The notes beneath the pieces were generated by a model that saw nothing but the letters and a program-made list of their open reading frames with translations, was not told where the DNA came from and searched no databases. A stretch of 32,000 nucleotides of DNA. It comes from an uncultured Actinomycetes bacterium. Lineage in GTDB: Bacteria; Actinomycetota; Actinomycetes; S36-B12; CAIYMF01. Below, one piece after another: positions 1 through 8,073 of this stretch. The stretch's first letter is position 1. Each line of letters starts with the position of its first letter. The stretch covers positions 2,670,001-2,702,000 of the forward strand of contig CAWJMG010000003.1 of assembly GCA_963843975.1 (NCBI GenBank). Reading direction: 5' to 3'. Both the position numbers and the translations under genes were made by a program.

Positions 1-51
1 AGGTCACGGCTCCTGGCGATGATCGAACCGATCCTGCGCGAGCCCTCATGA
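1..51 (+). CDS. 3' end of an upstream CDS (partial; product not determinable from 16 codons)
   Basis: Frame is open from the window edge (..RSRLLAMIEPILREPS*) to TGA 49-51, giving an ATGA overlap with the ccdA start. By operon logic it could be a ResA/TlpA-like partner; that is inference only. Confidence 0.3.
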   Translation, partial: RSRLLAMIEPILREPS

Positions 52-869
52 CCGTGACCGGAACGATCATGGACGGTTCGCTGCTGCTCGCCTTCCCCCT
101 CGCCCTCCTGGCGGGCGCCGTGTCCTTCTTCTCCCCCTGCTGCCTACCGCTGGTCCCCGGCTATCTGTCCTACGTCACCGGTCTGTCCGGCACGGAGCTC
201 GCCGGGCAGTCTCGGCCCATCCCTGCACAGATGCCCGATGGCGGAGGGCGGGCGATCACGGCGCCCGCGCCGGCGCGCACGCCCCAGTTCGTGCGGACGC
301 GGGTACTTGCTGGATCTCTTCTGTTCGTCGCGGGCTTCACCAGTGTCTTCGTCGCCTACGGCGTCCTGTTCGGAACGCTGGGCGAAGTGCTTTTCCGCTA
401 CCAGGGGACGATCACGCGGGCCCTTGGCCTCGTGGTCATCGCCCTGGGACTTTCATTCCTCGGCGTCGTTCCCGGTATGCAGCGCCAGTGGCGTTCCCGC
501 CGGCTGCCGCAGGTCGGGCTCTGGGGGGCGCCGCTGCTCGGAGTGGTGTTCGGCTTGGGTTGGACTCCGTGCATCGGCCCGACCCTGGCCGCGGTCCAGA
601 CACTCGCGTTCACCGAGGCCAGCGCGATGCGAGGAGCATTACTCTCCCTGGCGTATTCGCTCGGTCTCGGTGTGCCGTTCGTCGTGCTCGGCCTGCTGTA
701 CCGGCGGACGCTCGGGACCGTCGGTTGGGTGCGCCGCCACGGCGATGTGGTCATGAGGGTCGGTGGCGTGATGCTCCTCCTTGTCGGTCTGCTCCTGGTG
801 ACCGGTACCTGGGACGCCCTGACGATCGGGCTACGGTCGTGGGTCAGCGGGTTCGGGACTCCCTTGTGA
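48..869 (+). CDS. ccdA: Cytochrome c biogenesis thiol-reductant transporter, CcdA/DsbD family
   Basis: 273-aa polytopic membrane ORF with CcdA Cys motifs FFSPCCLPLVPGY and GWTPCIGPTL. 4-nt overlaps with both neighbours; followed by resB and ccsB. Confidence 0.9.
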   Translation: MTVTGTIMDGSLLLAFPLALLAGAVSFFSPCCLPLVPGYLSYVTGLSGTELAGQSRPIPAQMPDGGGRAITAPAPARTPQFVRTRVLAGSLLFVAGFTSVFVAYGVLFGTLGEVLFRYQGTITRALGLVVIALGLSFLGVVPGMQRQWRSRRLPQVGLWGAPLLGVVFGLGWTPCIGPTLAAVQTLAFTEASAMRGALLSLAYSLGLGVPFVVLGLLYRRTLGTVGWVRRHGDVVMRVGGVMLLLVGLLLVTGTWDALTIGLRSWVSGFGTPL

Positions 870-2518
870 CTGATCCGAGAAGTGGCGCCCAGGAGCTCGC
901 CGCCGCCCACGCGCGCCTCTCGACCGCCCCCGCCGAGCCCACGCCACCGGGCGGCCGCAGCTTCGGGGTCCTCGGGTGGGCGCGGTGGGCGTGGCGCACC
1001 CTCACCAGCATGCGCACCGCGCTGGTGCTCCTGTTCCTGCTAGCGGTCGCCTCCATCCCTGGATCGGTGTTCCCTCAACGAGGGACGAACCCGGGGGCCG
1101 TGCGCCAGTACCTTTCCGACGACCAGGTCAAGGGGCCCATCCTTGACCGGCTGGGCATGTTCGAGGTGTTCGCCTCCCCGTGGTTCGCCGCCATCTACCT
1201 CCTGCTGTTCATCTCGCTGGCCGGCTGCGTGATCCCCCGGGGGGTGCTCCACTGGCGAGCGATGCGTGCTCGCCCACCGGCCGCGCCGCGCCACCTCGAT
1301 CGCTTCCCCGAGCACCGACGGGTCTACTACGAGGAACCTGCCTCCCTAATTGTCGAGGTGTGCGCGGACCACCTGCGCGCATCGCGCTGGCGGGTGGACG
1401 TGACCACTGAGACGGTCGCAGCCGAGAAGGGATACTCGCGCGAGGTGGGGAACCTGGTGTTCCACCTCTCGCTGCTGGTGCTCCTCGCCGGCATGGCAAT
1501 CGGCGCGCTGGGAGGGTTCCGCGGCAACGTCGTCGTGCGCGAAGGTACGTCGTTCGCGGGCAGCACAGCGCAGTTCGATTCCTTTGCCCCCGGTCGGCTG
1601 TTCGGGCCGGAGTCGCTACCGCCGTTCAGCCTCACCCTGGACGCGTTCAGCGCGGACTTCCAACGTGGGGGGCAGCAAGACGGCGCTCCGCGCCTGTTCC
1701 GCGCCGACGTGACGCTGGTTCCGCGCCCGGGCGAGAGCGCGCAGCAGCGGCGCATCGAGGTCAACGAACCGCTCGAGGTCGATGGGGTGAAGATCTTCCT
1801 CGTCGGGCACGGATATGCGCCCACTCTCTCGGTGCGCACCAAGGCTGGGGACGTGGTGTTCCGCGACTCAGTGGTATGTCTGCCGCAGGATGCGGGCTTC
1901 ACCTCCACCTGCGTGGTGAAGGTCCCCGACGTCAGCCCCCAGCTCGGGTTGACCGGCTTCTTCCTGCCGACCGCGGCCCTGGACCAGGTGCGCGGACCTT
2001 ACTCCCGTTTCCCTGCACCTGACGACCCAGCGCTCTTCCTCGCAGCATGGCAGGGCGATCTGGGACTCGACGGAGGCCGGCCGCAGTCGGTGTACAAGTT
2101 GGAGACCGCAGGTCTGCGGCGGGCAGGGGTTGACGCGCTGCGCCCTGGCCAACGCTGGACCCTGCCGGACGGGACGACCATCACCTTCGACGGTTACGTG
2201 CGTTTCGCGGCCTTCGCCGTCGCACGCGACCCAGGGAAGGAGCTCGCTCTCGCTGCCGTGGTCGTGGCCATGGCCGGGTTGAGCCTCTCGCTGCTGGTCC
2301 GACGTCGCCGGATCTGGGTTCGGGCGTCCACCGGCGGGGACAGGGTGACGGTGGTCGACATCGCCGGCATCGCCAGGTCCGAGCATTCCTCGGTCAGCGA
2401 CGAGCTCGACCGCGTGGTCACGGCGCTTGCCTATGCCGGCCTCACCCCGTTGCCAGCGCGGGCAACCGCCGACTCCCGAGACGTGCCCCCCACCTCAGGA
2501 AGGGAACCGACACCATGA
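866..2518 (+). CDS. resB: Cytochrome c biogenesis protein ResB (Ccs1)
   Basis: Track ORF is 488-2518, but its first 126 codons overlap ccdA and are Arg/Pro-rich. Start moved to in-frame GTG 866 (GTGA overlap with the ccdA stop). N-terminal TM LTSMRTALVLLFLLAVASIPGSVFPQRG, a large extracytoplasmic domain and a C-terminal TM are typical of ResB. Confidence 0.88.
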   Translation: MTDPRSGAQELAAAHARLSTAPAEPTPPGGRSFGVLGWARWAWRTLTSMRTALVLLFLLAVASIPGSVFPQRGTNPGAVRQYLSDDQVKGPILDRLGMFEVFASPWFAAIYLLLFISLAGCVIPRGVLHWRAMRARPPAAPRHLDRFPEHRRVYYEEPASLIVEVCADHLRASRWRVDVTTETVAAEKGYSREVGNLVFHLSLLVLLAGMAIGALGGFRGNVVVREGTSFAGSTAQFDSFAPGRLFGPESLPPFSLTLDAFSADFQRGGQQDGAPRLFRADVTLVPRPGESAQQRRIEVNEPLEVDGVKIFLVGHGYAPTLSVRTKAGDVVFRDSVVCLPQDAGFTSTCVVKVPDVSPQLGLTGFFLPTAALDQVRGPYSRFPAPDDPALFLAAWQGDLGLDGGRPQSVYKLETAGLRRAGVDALRPGQRWTLPDGTTITFDGYVRFAAFAVARDPGKELALAAVVVAMAGLSLSLLVRRRRIWVRASTGGDRVTVVDIAGIARSEHSSVSDELDRVVTALAYAGLTPLPARATADSRDVPPTSGREPTP

Positions 2519-3513
2519 CCGAGAGTGCGCTGGCGTCGTTGAGCAACGGCTTCGTCTACGGCGCCATGGTGACGTACGCGGTGTCCATGGTCGTGTTCGC
2601 CGCGTCCCTGGCCTCCACCCGCGGTCGCCCAGCCCCCGACGTCGCAGTCCTCGCAGCGTCGCACCATGCACGTGGACAGGTCGCTATTGCCGAGCGGCCA
2701 CCACGATCCGGCGGCGTGACCGGCCACGACAGTCTTGCCCCCGGGCGTCGCGCCGGCAACGTCGGGATGTCGCTGACCTGGCTGGGCACCCTCTTGCTGG
2801 GCGCAGGAATCGTGTTGCGGGGCCTGTCCGTGGGCCGGGCCCCCTGGGGCAACATGTACGAGTTCTCGCTCGCGTCTGCGTTCGCGGTCTCAGCGGCGTT
2901 CCTGGCCCTGTCGCTGCGGCGCGACCTGCGCTGGCTCGGCCTCTTCCTCGTCATCCCGGTCCTGCTCACATTGGGGTTGGCCGTCACGGTGCTCTACACC
3001 GACGCCGCCCAGCTGGTGCCCGCACTCAAGTCATACTGGCTGGTCATCCATGTGGCGGCCGCGATCATCTGCGCCGGGGCTTTCGGCGTCGGCGCGGCGG
3101 TGAACGGGCTCTTCCTGCTGGCAGACACCGCCGAACGTCGCGCGGCTGGCGGTCGCCGGTACTGGGGGGCAGCGCTCGCGGTGCGGCTGCCGGGCTCCAC
3201 GAACCTCGACGCTATGGCGTATCGCATCCACGCGTTCACGTTCCCCCTCTGGACATTCGCGGTCGTTGCCGGTGCGATCTGGGCCGAGAACGCGTGGGGC
3301 CGCTATTGGGGGTGGGACCCGAAGGAGACGTGGGCGTTCATCACCTGGGTCGGTTACGCCGCCTACCTGCACGCCCGCGCCACCGCAGGATGGAAGGGAC
3401 GCAAGGCTGCAGTCATCGCCCTGGTCGCGTTCGCCGCATTCCTCTTCAACTACTTCGGCGTCAACATCGTGCTCACCGGCCTGCACTCCTACGGGGGCCT
3501 ACCCAACCGCTGA
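2515..3513 (+). CDS. ccsB: c-type cytochrome biogenesis protein CcsB/ResC (CcsA family heme handling)
   Basis: 332-aa polytopic protein with the Trp-rich WWD-type motif WGRYWGWDPKETWAFITW. ATGA overlap with the resB stop. Confidence 0.92.
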   Translation: MTESALASLSNGFVYGAMVTYAVSMVVFAASLASTRGRPAPDVAVLAASHHARGQVAIAERPPRSGGVTGHDSLAPGRRAGNVGMSLTWLGTLLLGAGIVLRGLSVGRAPWGNMYEFSLASAFAVSAAFLALSLRRDLRWLGLFLVIPVLLTLGLAVTVLYTDAAQLVPALKSYWLVIHVAAAIICAGAFGVGAAVNGLFLLADTAERRAAGGRRYWGAALAVRLPGSTNLDAMAYRIHAFTFPLWTFAVVAGAIWAENAWGRYWGWDPKETWAFITWVGYAAYLHARATAGWKGRKAAVIALVAFAAFLFNYFGVNIVLTGLHSYGGLPNR

Positions 3514-3563
3514 GGGCCATCAGCGCCCGACGGTGAGCACGCGGACGTGAGCTCACGGGCTTC

Positions 3564-3605
3564 CACCTTCTTCATTCCTTCATGGGATACCGCCGGCGCC
3601 TTCAT
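3564..3605 (-). promoter_or_regulatory. Candidate response-regulator operator: phased CCTTC boxes (complement of TGAAGG)
   Basis: CCTTCTT at 3566, CCTTCAT at 3577 and CCTTCAT at 3599, in 11/22-bp register, ending 50 bp upstream of the SHOCT gene start at 3655. Same word as seven other intergenic sites. Confidence 0.5.
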
Positions 3606-3654
3606 CCGGTGGCGTCATGCTCGAGACGAGGGGACGAGAAGGAGGTCGAGAACG

Positions 3655-3918
3655 ATGATGGACTGGTGGTACCCGGCATCGTGGAGTTGGAACGGCTGGC
3701 TCCCCATGGCCGCGATGATGATCCTGTTCACTGCAGCGATCGTGCTGATCGTCTGGGCTCTATTGCCCGACCGCGAGCAGCGGGACGCACACCGCAGCCT
3801 CGACACCCCAAGGGCAGTCCTGGACCGTCGCCTCGCCGCGGGCGAGATCGACTACGAGCAGTACGCCGAGGCCCGACGGCTCATCGAGGGCCAGGGCGTG
3901 ACCCCCTTGCCTCGCTGA
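3655..3918 (+). CDS. Small membrane protein with C-terminal SHOCT domain
   Basis: Start set at ATG 3655, preceded by GAAGGAGG (3639-3646). One TM (LPMAAMMILFTAAIVLIVWALL), then the SHOCT-like segment AVLDRRLAAGEIDYEQYAEARRLI. Paralog of 12705-12983 (both begin MMDW). Confidence 0.8.
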   Translation: MMDWWYPASWSWNGWLPMAAMMILFTAAIVLIVWALLPDREQRDAHRSLDTPRAVLDRRLAAGEIDYEQYAEARRLIEGQGVTPLPR

Positions 3919-3931
3919 CCCTTGGGAAGAC

Positions 3932-4540
3932 CTAGGAAGGGGACCCGACCCCGCCGGAGCACTCACCACCGGGTTCGGGCGCAGTACGACTGTTGGCGTA
4001 ACGGGTGAGGAAGTCATCCAGGCGAGGATCGTCCGGTCCGGACAGGGCGACCTGCGCCCCCCAGGCGCTGGCCACCACCGGTGTGGACAGCTCCGGTACG
4101 GCACTGGCCAGCACGTACGCCTTCCCGTCCAGCCTGGACTTCAGGTCCGTCTGCTGCACCAGGCCGAGGCTGGAGCGATAGGCGACCCAAACGGCGCCGT
4201 GCTCCATCGAGTGGACGGCGTTCTCGTTGGCGACCGGGTCGTCGTACCACCCGCAGTTCTGCCACTGCGCAGCGTGGTCGCCGCCCACCGGCGGGGACTG
4301 GGGGTAGGAGACCGGCGTAGGTACGTGCGAACTCGCGAGGCCCGTGAACGTCGACAGCCCTTCGATCGACGCCTGGCTGGACGTCCCCCGGAGCCCGACA
4401 ACGGTCAGGCCGCCGATCACGGCCACTCCCGCGAGCGTCGCCACGGTGAAGATCGTGTTGCGCCGGCGGCGCTCCTTGCGCTGCTGATCGAGGCGCATCC
4501 GGGCGGACTTCTCTCGAGCGCGGTCCTTCGACGTCATCAC
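3932..4540 (-). CDS. DUF3105 domain-containing membrane-anchored protein
   Basis: 202 aa. Basic N-terminus plus one TM (TIFTVATLAGVAVIGGLTVVGL). Conserved DUF3105-like core HVPTPVSY..PPVGGDH....HSMEHGAVWVAY. Last gene of the minus-strand envelope operon. Confidence 0.78.
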   Translation of the reverse strand: MMTSKDRAREKSARMRLDQQRKERRRRNTIFTVATLAGVAVIGGLTVVGLRGTSSQASIEGLSTFTGLASSHVPTPVSYPQSPPVGGDHAAQWQNCGWYDDPVANENAVHSMEHGAVWVAYRSSLGLVQQTDLKSRLDGKAYVLASAVPELSTPVVASAWGAQVALSGPDDPRLDDFLTRYANSRTAPEPGGECSGGVGSPS

Positions 4541-4588
4541 GTACGTCCTCTCGGTCTCGACACCGTTCAGGCGTCCGGGGCATAGCGG

Positions 4589-5179
4589 TCATTCGGCCAG
4601 CAGTCGGTCTAGTCGCTGCTCCAGCGCTGCGGGGGCGACGGCACCGATCATGGCCGTCGCGATCCGCCCTTGACGGTCCAGCACGACTGTGGAGGGGACC
4701 GCCGCTGGTGGGACGACCGGCGCCAGACGCAGCTGCAGCAACTGGTGATCGTCCGGGACAATCGGGTACGGGATGGCGAAGTAGTCGACGAAGGCTTGTG
4801 CGGCGGCCGTGGTGTCGCGCACGTCGACGCCCACGACGTCGACCCCGGCGCTGGCGTACCTCAGGCTGACTGCCCGCAGCGTCGGAGCCTCCGTTTGGCA
4901 AGGCCCGCACCACGAGGCCCACAGATTCACCACGACGACATGTCCGAGGTGCTCCGAGCTGGAAAACGGCGCGCCGCCTAACGTTGTTCCTGCGATGACA
5001 GGCCCGACCGTGCGCTCGTCCGCTGGCAGGACCGCGATTGCGCCCAGGGTGACGGCGTCGGCGCGGGCAGTCGCCGGAGTAAGGCGCTCTCCTGCGCCAG
5101 TCGGCCCGGAGCAGGCCGCCAAGAGGAGCGCCCCCGCGGCTGAGCTGCCAGCGAACCACCGCGCTGCCTGTGGGTTCAC
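4589..5179 (-). CDS. TlpA/ResA-like thiol-disulfide oxidoreductase lipoprotein
   Basis: Only the C-terminal part of track ORF 4589-6223 is protein-like. Start is GTG 5179 (GTGA overlap with the upstream stop). Lipobox LLLAAC; thioredoxin active site WASWCGPC. Confidence 0.88.
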   Translation of the reverse strand: MNPQAARWFAGSSAAGALLLAACSGPTGAGERLTPATARADAVTLGAIAVLPADERTVGPVIAGTTLGGAPFSSSEHLGHVVVVNLWASWCGPCQTEAPTLRAVSLRYASAGVDVVGVDVRDTTAAAQAFVDYFAIPYPIVPDDHQLLQLRLAPVVPPAAVPSTVVLDRQGRIATAMIGAVAPAALEQRLDRLLAE

Positions 5180-6435
5180 GAGGAGGCCAGCACCAGTAGG
5201 GCGCCGAGCAGCGCCACGGCAGTGGTGCCGGCCACGACGGGGCGGCCATAGGACGTGCGTCGCGGGGTGCTGCGGAGCGGGAAGAGCAGCTGCCGCGCGA
5301 GGATGTAGGCAGCCAAGACCACGGTGGCCAGGATCCCCGACGGGTGCGCCTCGCCGACCAGGTTGACCAGCAGCGACACGGCGCCCAGGGTGAGCGACAC
5401 CGTGCCCTCCAGGAGCTGCACCGGCAGCCGCCGAGCCAGAAGGTAGCGGTCCGAGGACACCAGCCCGACACGTCCAGGCGACAGCCGGCCAGCGCAGCAG
5501 CCACCGCGCCAGCATCCGATCCGTCCCAAGGCCATCCCGAACATCAGGCCCGGGACAATGATGTCGGTCAGGGCCCCTAGCGGCAGCCCGACTAGAGAGG
5601 CTCCCACGCCGAACGTGGCCAGGGACGCCAGCACGAAACCTTGGATGCACATCCCGGCGGAGGACAGGAGACCCACCTTGTGGGTGGCCTGGACTAGGTA
5701 GTAGACCTTCGCCCCGACCAGGCCGAGCAGGCAGGACAGCACGGCCAGCCACAGGACGGTGGTCGTCGAGAGGCCGAGGCGCGCTGCCAACCAGACGAGC
5801 ACTCCGACGCCCACCACGGCTCCCAGGGCCACCATGGCCGGCCACGCTCCGAGCACGACGCCGGGGGCGGTCTCGGCCAGGAATCGGCCGAACCCGGTGG
5901 CGCCCGTGACCTGGACGCGGCGCTTGTTCTCGCCGTCCTGGACGGTGGCTTCCCACTCTCCCGGGGCCAGGTCTGTGATGCGGATCGTCGCCGACACAGT
6001 CCCGATCCCCGGCACGACGTTGCGGATGACGTGATCGATCGCGAACTCCGTCGCCCCTGGGGGCTCGACCGCTGAACCGTCGTCGTGTTCGGGCGTTTCC
6101 CGGGCCCGTGTCCGGCGGCCGGTGAGGGTCAGGTCCAGGTCGTACGGCTCGCCGGCCTCGCGGGCCTCGAAGGTGTAAGTGAGGGCCAGCGACTGCGGCG
6201 GCATGTCCCGCACGAGTTCGCACGAGACTGGTACCACGCTCAGCCTGGCCGGATCCGTCTCCGCTGCGAGGCGGGCCGAACTCGCGGGGCGAGTCGGTGC
6301 GGCGACCACAGGAGCCGCCCGAGCCAGGAGCCGCTCCATGCCACCCACGGCAGAACCGGATCCAGCTGGAGGGTGCGGTGTCACGGCCGGGCGGGCTGCG
6401 CGCTGCCGGGGGGCCGACCTGCGCTTCTTCGACAT
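5176..6435 (-). CDS. Lgt (prolipoprotein diacylglyceryl transferase) family protein with ~190-aa N-terminal extension
   Basis: 419 aa. The C-terminal ~230 aa are polytopic with Lgt-like motifs (GAKVYYLV, ALGRIGCWRGGCCAGR, LPVQLLEG). The N-terminal half is a soluble, beta-rich-looking domain not seen in a minimal Lgt. Confidence 0.72.
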   Translation of the reverse strand: MSKKRRSAPRQRAARPAVTPHPPAGSGSAVGGMERLLARAAPVVAAPTRPASSARLAAETDPARLSVVPVSCELVRDMPPQSLALTYTFEAREAGEPYDLDLTLTGRRTRARETPEHDDGSAVEPPGATEFAIDHVIRNVVPGIGTVSATIRITDLAPGEWEATVQDGENKRRVQVTGATGFGRFLAETAPGVVLGAWPAMVALGAVVGVGVLVWLAARLGLSTTTVLWLAVLSCLLGLVGAKVYYLVQATHKVGLLSSAGMCIQGFVLASLATFGVGASLVGLPLGALTDIIVPGLMFGMALGRIGCWRGGCCAGRLSPGRVGLVSSDRYLLARRLPVQLLEGTVSLTLGAVSLLVNLVGEAHPSGILATVVLAAYILARQLLFPLRSTPRRTSYGRPVVAGTTAVALLGALLVLASS

Positions 6436-6477
6436 GGGCTGCCGCCTCTCACACTCTTCATCGTCACCGGGCGCCGC

Positions 6478-7371
6478 TCAGATTGGGAGCAGGTCGAACG
6501 AGCGCCCGCCGTCGGCGGACCGGAAGAGGCCGCCATCGGCCCAGGCCGCGAGCAGGTCACCATCCGCGGCGAGGGCCGACGGCACTGCAGCCAGGGCACC
6601 CCGTTCCTCCCAAGTCATTCCGCCATCCGTTGATGCATGCACCACTCCGTTGGGGGTGAGGCCGTACAACGTCGCTGCGCTCCACGCGAGCAGGGCCAGC
6701 CGCGGAGCGGCTGCGACCCGCTGAAAGGACGCCCCGGCGTCGCGGCTGCGCACCAGACCAGTCGGCGTGGTCGCCACGACCAGGGACGTGTCCGAAGGGC
6801 TCAGCGCCAGGTCGTAGAGCCCTGCAGTGCCCAGGGCGGTCCAGGAGCGACCACCGTCGTCCGAGCGAAGCAGGGACCCGCCGCTGGCGGTGATCCCCAG
6901 CACGGTGCTCCCGGAAGCGGCGAGCCGGTGGAAGTCCGCTTCGCCGCCCAAGGAGACCGGGGTCCAGGTGCGGCCGCCGTCCAGCGACTCCATAAGTCCC
7001 AGATCGCTAGGGCCTGGGGCCTGCGGGCCGGGATGCCCAGACGCGAGCAGACGGTCCCCAGAGCGGGTCAGGGCCATAACGTCGAATGGCGGCTCGCTCA
7101 GCCGAGTCCACGAGCCGCTGCCGGATCGCGACCACAGCCCCTGATGTGTTCCATGCAGGGTGGCATCGCCCAGGACGGCGACGTTGTGCACATGGGAAAG
7201 GATGGGTGCAGGAGCCGCCGAGGTGCTGGTCGCGCCAGCAGATGATCCCCCCGCCGAGCCGAGCGAGTCGACAATGCCAGGGGAGGCTGTGGCGCCGGAG
7301 CAGGCAGTGAGGAGAACACCGACTGCTCCGACACTCACCGCCACACGCAGGCGCGGCTCCTTATGGCTCAT
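6478..7371 (-). CDS. Asp-box (BNR) repeat beta-propeller lipoprotein (Ycf48/sialidase-like fold)
   Basis: Start set at ATG 7371 (MSHKEPRL; ATGA overlap with the DUF305 stop). Lipobox LLTAC. Asp-box repeats SLDGGRTWT, SDDGGRSWT, STDGGMTWE, SADGGRSF. Confidence 0.8.
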   Translation of the reverse strand: MSHKEPRLRVAVSVGAVGVLLTACSGATASPGIVDSLGSAGGSSAGATSTSAAPAPILSHVHNVAVLGDATLHGTHQGLWSRSGSGSWTRLSEPPFDVMALTRSGDRLLASGHPGPQAPGPSDLGLMESLDGGRTWTPVSLGGEADFHRLAASGSTVLGITASGGSLLRSDDGGRSWTALGTAGLYDLALSPSDTSLVVATTPTGLVRSRDAGASFQRVAAAPRLALLAWSAATLYGLTPNGVVHASTDGGMTWEERGALAAVPSALAADGDLLAAWADGGLFRSADGGRSFDLLPI

Positions 7372-8003
7372 CCGGCCAGAAGCCCCTGCATCGTGGCGAT
7401 CTCGGCCGTCTGGCCGGCGACGATGGCCTTGGCCAGCGCAGTCACCTTCGGGTCGGCGGTGGTGGACAGGACCTGGTCGGCCATGGCGATGGCCCCCTGG
7501 TGGTGGGCGATCATCATCTGCAGCCACATCCGGTCGAAGTCCTGGCCGGCGGCGTCCATGAGCTTGGTCATGTCCGCGTCGCTCATCATCCCCGACGAGT
7601 CCATGCCACCCATGTCCATGCCGCCCATGGACCCGTCTGAGGCGCTGGGCATCTGCTCGGGGGCGCCCCAGGCCTGCAGCCAGGACTTCATCTCGGCGAT
7701 CTCGGGATCTTGCGCCGCCTTGATCTGCTCCGCGAGGGTCTTGACCTCCGCGGAGGTCTGCTTCTCGAGGGCGATGTCGGCCATCTGCACAGCCTGTTCG
7801 TGGTGCGGGATCATGAGCTGCGCGAAGGCGATGTCGCCGGCCCGGCTGGCGTCGGCCGAAGCGGCAGGTTCCGTCGAAGTCATGGTCTCCCCCGGCGACA
7901 TGTCCATGCCGGGCATGGAGGACCCAGATGAGCCGCAGGCGGCCAGCAGCAAGGTGAGGATGAGGCCGGTGGCGGCCAGGGCGAGGGGGCGTCGGGCGCT
8001 CAT
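7368..8003 (-). CDS. DUF305 domain-containing lipoprotein (copper-island associated)
   Basis: 211 aa. Lipobox LLLAAC. Duplicated DUF305 helices with HH pairs (QLMIPHHEQAVQMA, QMMIAHHQGAIAMA). Met-rich loop MGGMDMGGMDSSGMM. Confidence 0.88.
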   Translation of the reverse strand: MSARRPLALAATGLILTLLLAACGSSGSSMPGMDMSPGETMTSTEPAASADASRAGDIAFAQLMIPHHEQAVQMADIALEKQTSAEVKTLAEQIKAAQDPEIAEMKSWLQAWGAPEQMPSASDGSMGGMDMGGMDSSGMMSDADMTKLMDAAGQDFDRMWLQMMIAHHQGAIAMADQVLSTTADPKVTALAKAIVAGQTAEIATMQGLLAG

Positions 8004-8073
8004 AGCGGTCGGTGTCTCCTAGCGTGGTCGCCGAAGCCTGGTGCCTCGGCGGCGGATGTGTTGGGGCGGAGGT

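Noticed and set aside
488-865. N-terminal extensions suggested by the longest-ORF track (resB 488, thioredoxin to 6223, propeller to 7527, cfa to 17161, ATPase to 23655, copZ-like to 24236, DUF2933 from 24213, SHOCT from 3547, csoR-like from 11741)
   Set aside because: The extensions overlap upstream genes or operator boxes and are compositionally junk. Downstream in-frame starts give 4-nt overlaps or good SD sequences.
1787-1796. Isolated TGAAG-like words inside coding regions (e.g. GTGAAGATCT near 1787, GTGAAGGTCC near 1912, GATGAAGTCG near 9128, GGTGAAGACTC 24086-24096, AACCTTCGAG near 12239)
   Set aside because: They are single copies without an 11-bp-phased partner and lie within well-supported genes. 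They were not counted as operator sites.
4014-5504. 496-aa minus-strand ORF spanning DUF3105, the thioredoxin and part of the Lgt-like gene
   Set aside because: It is extremely Arg/Pro/Gly/Ala-rich with no motifs. It overlaps three well-supported genes in other frames, which is typical of a high-GC shadow ORF.
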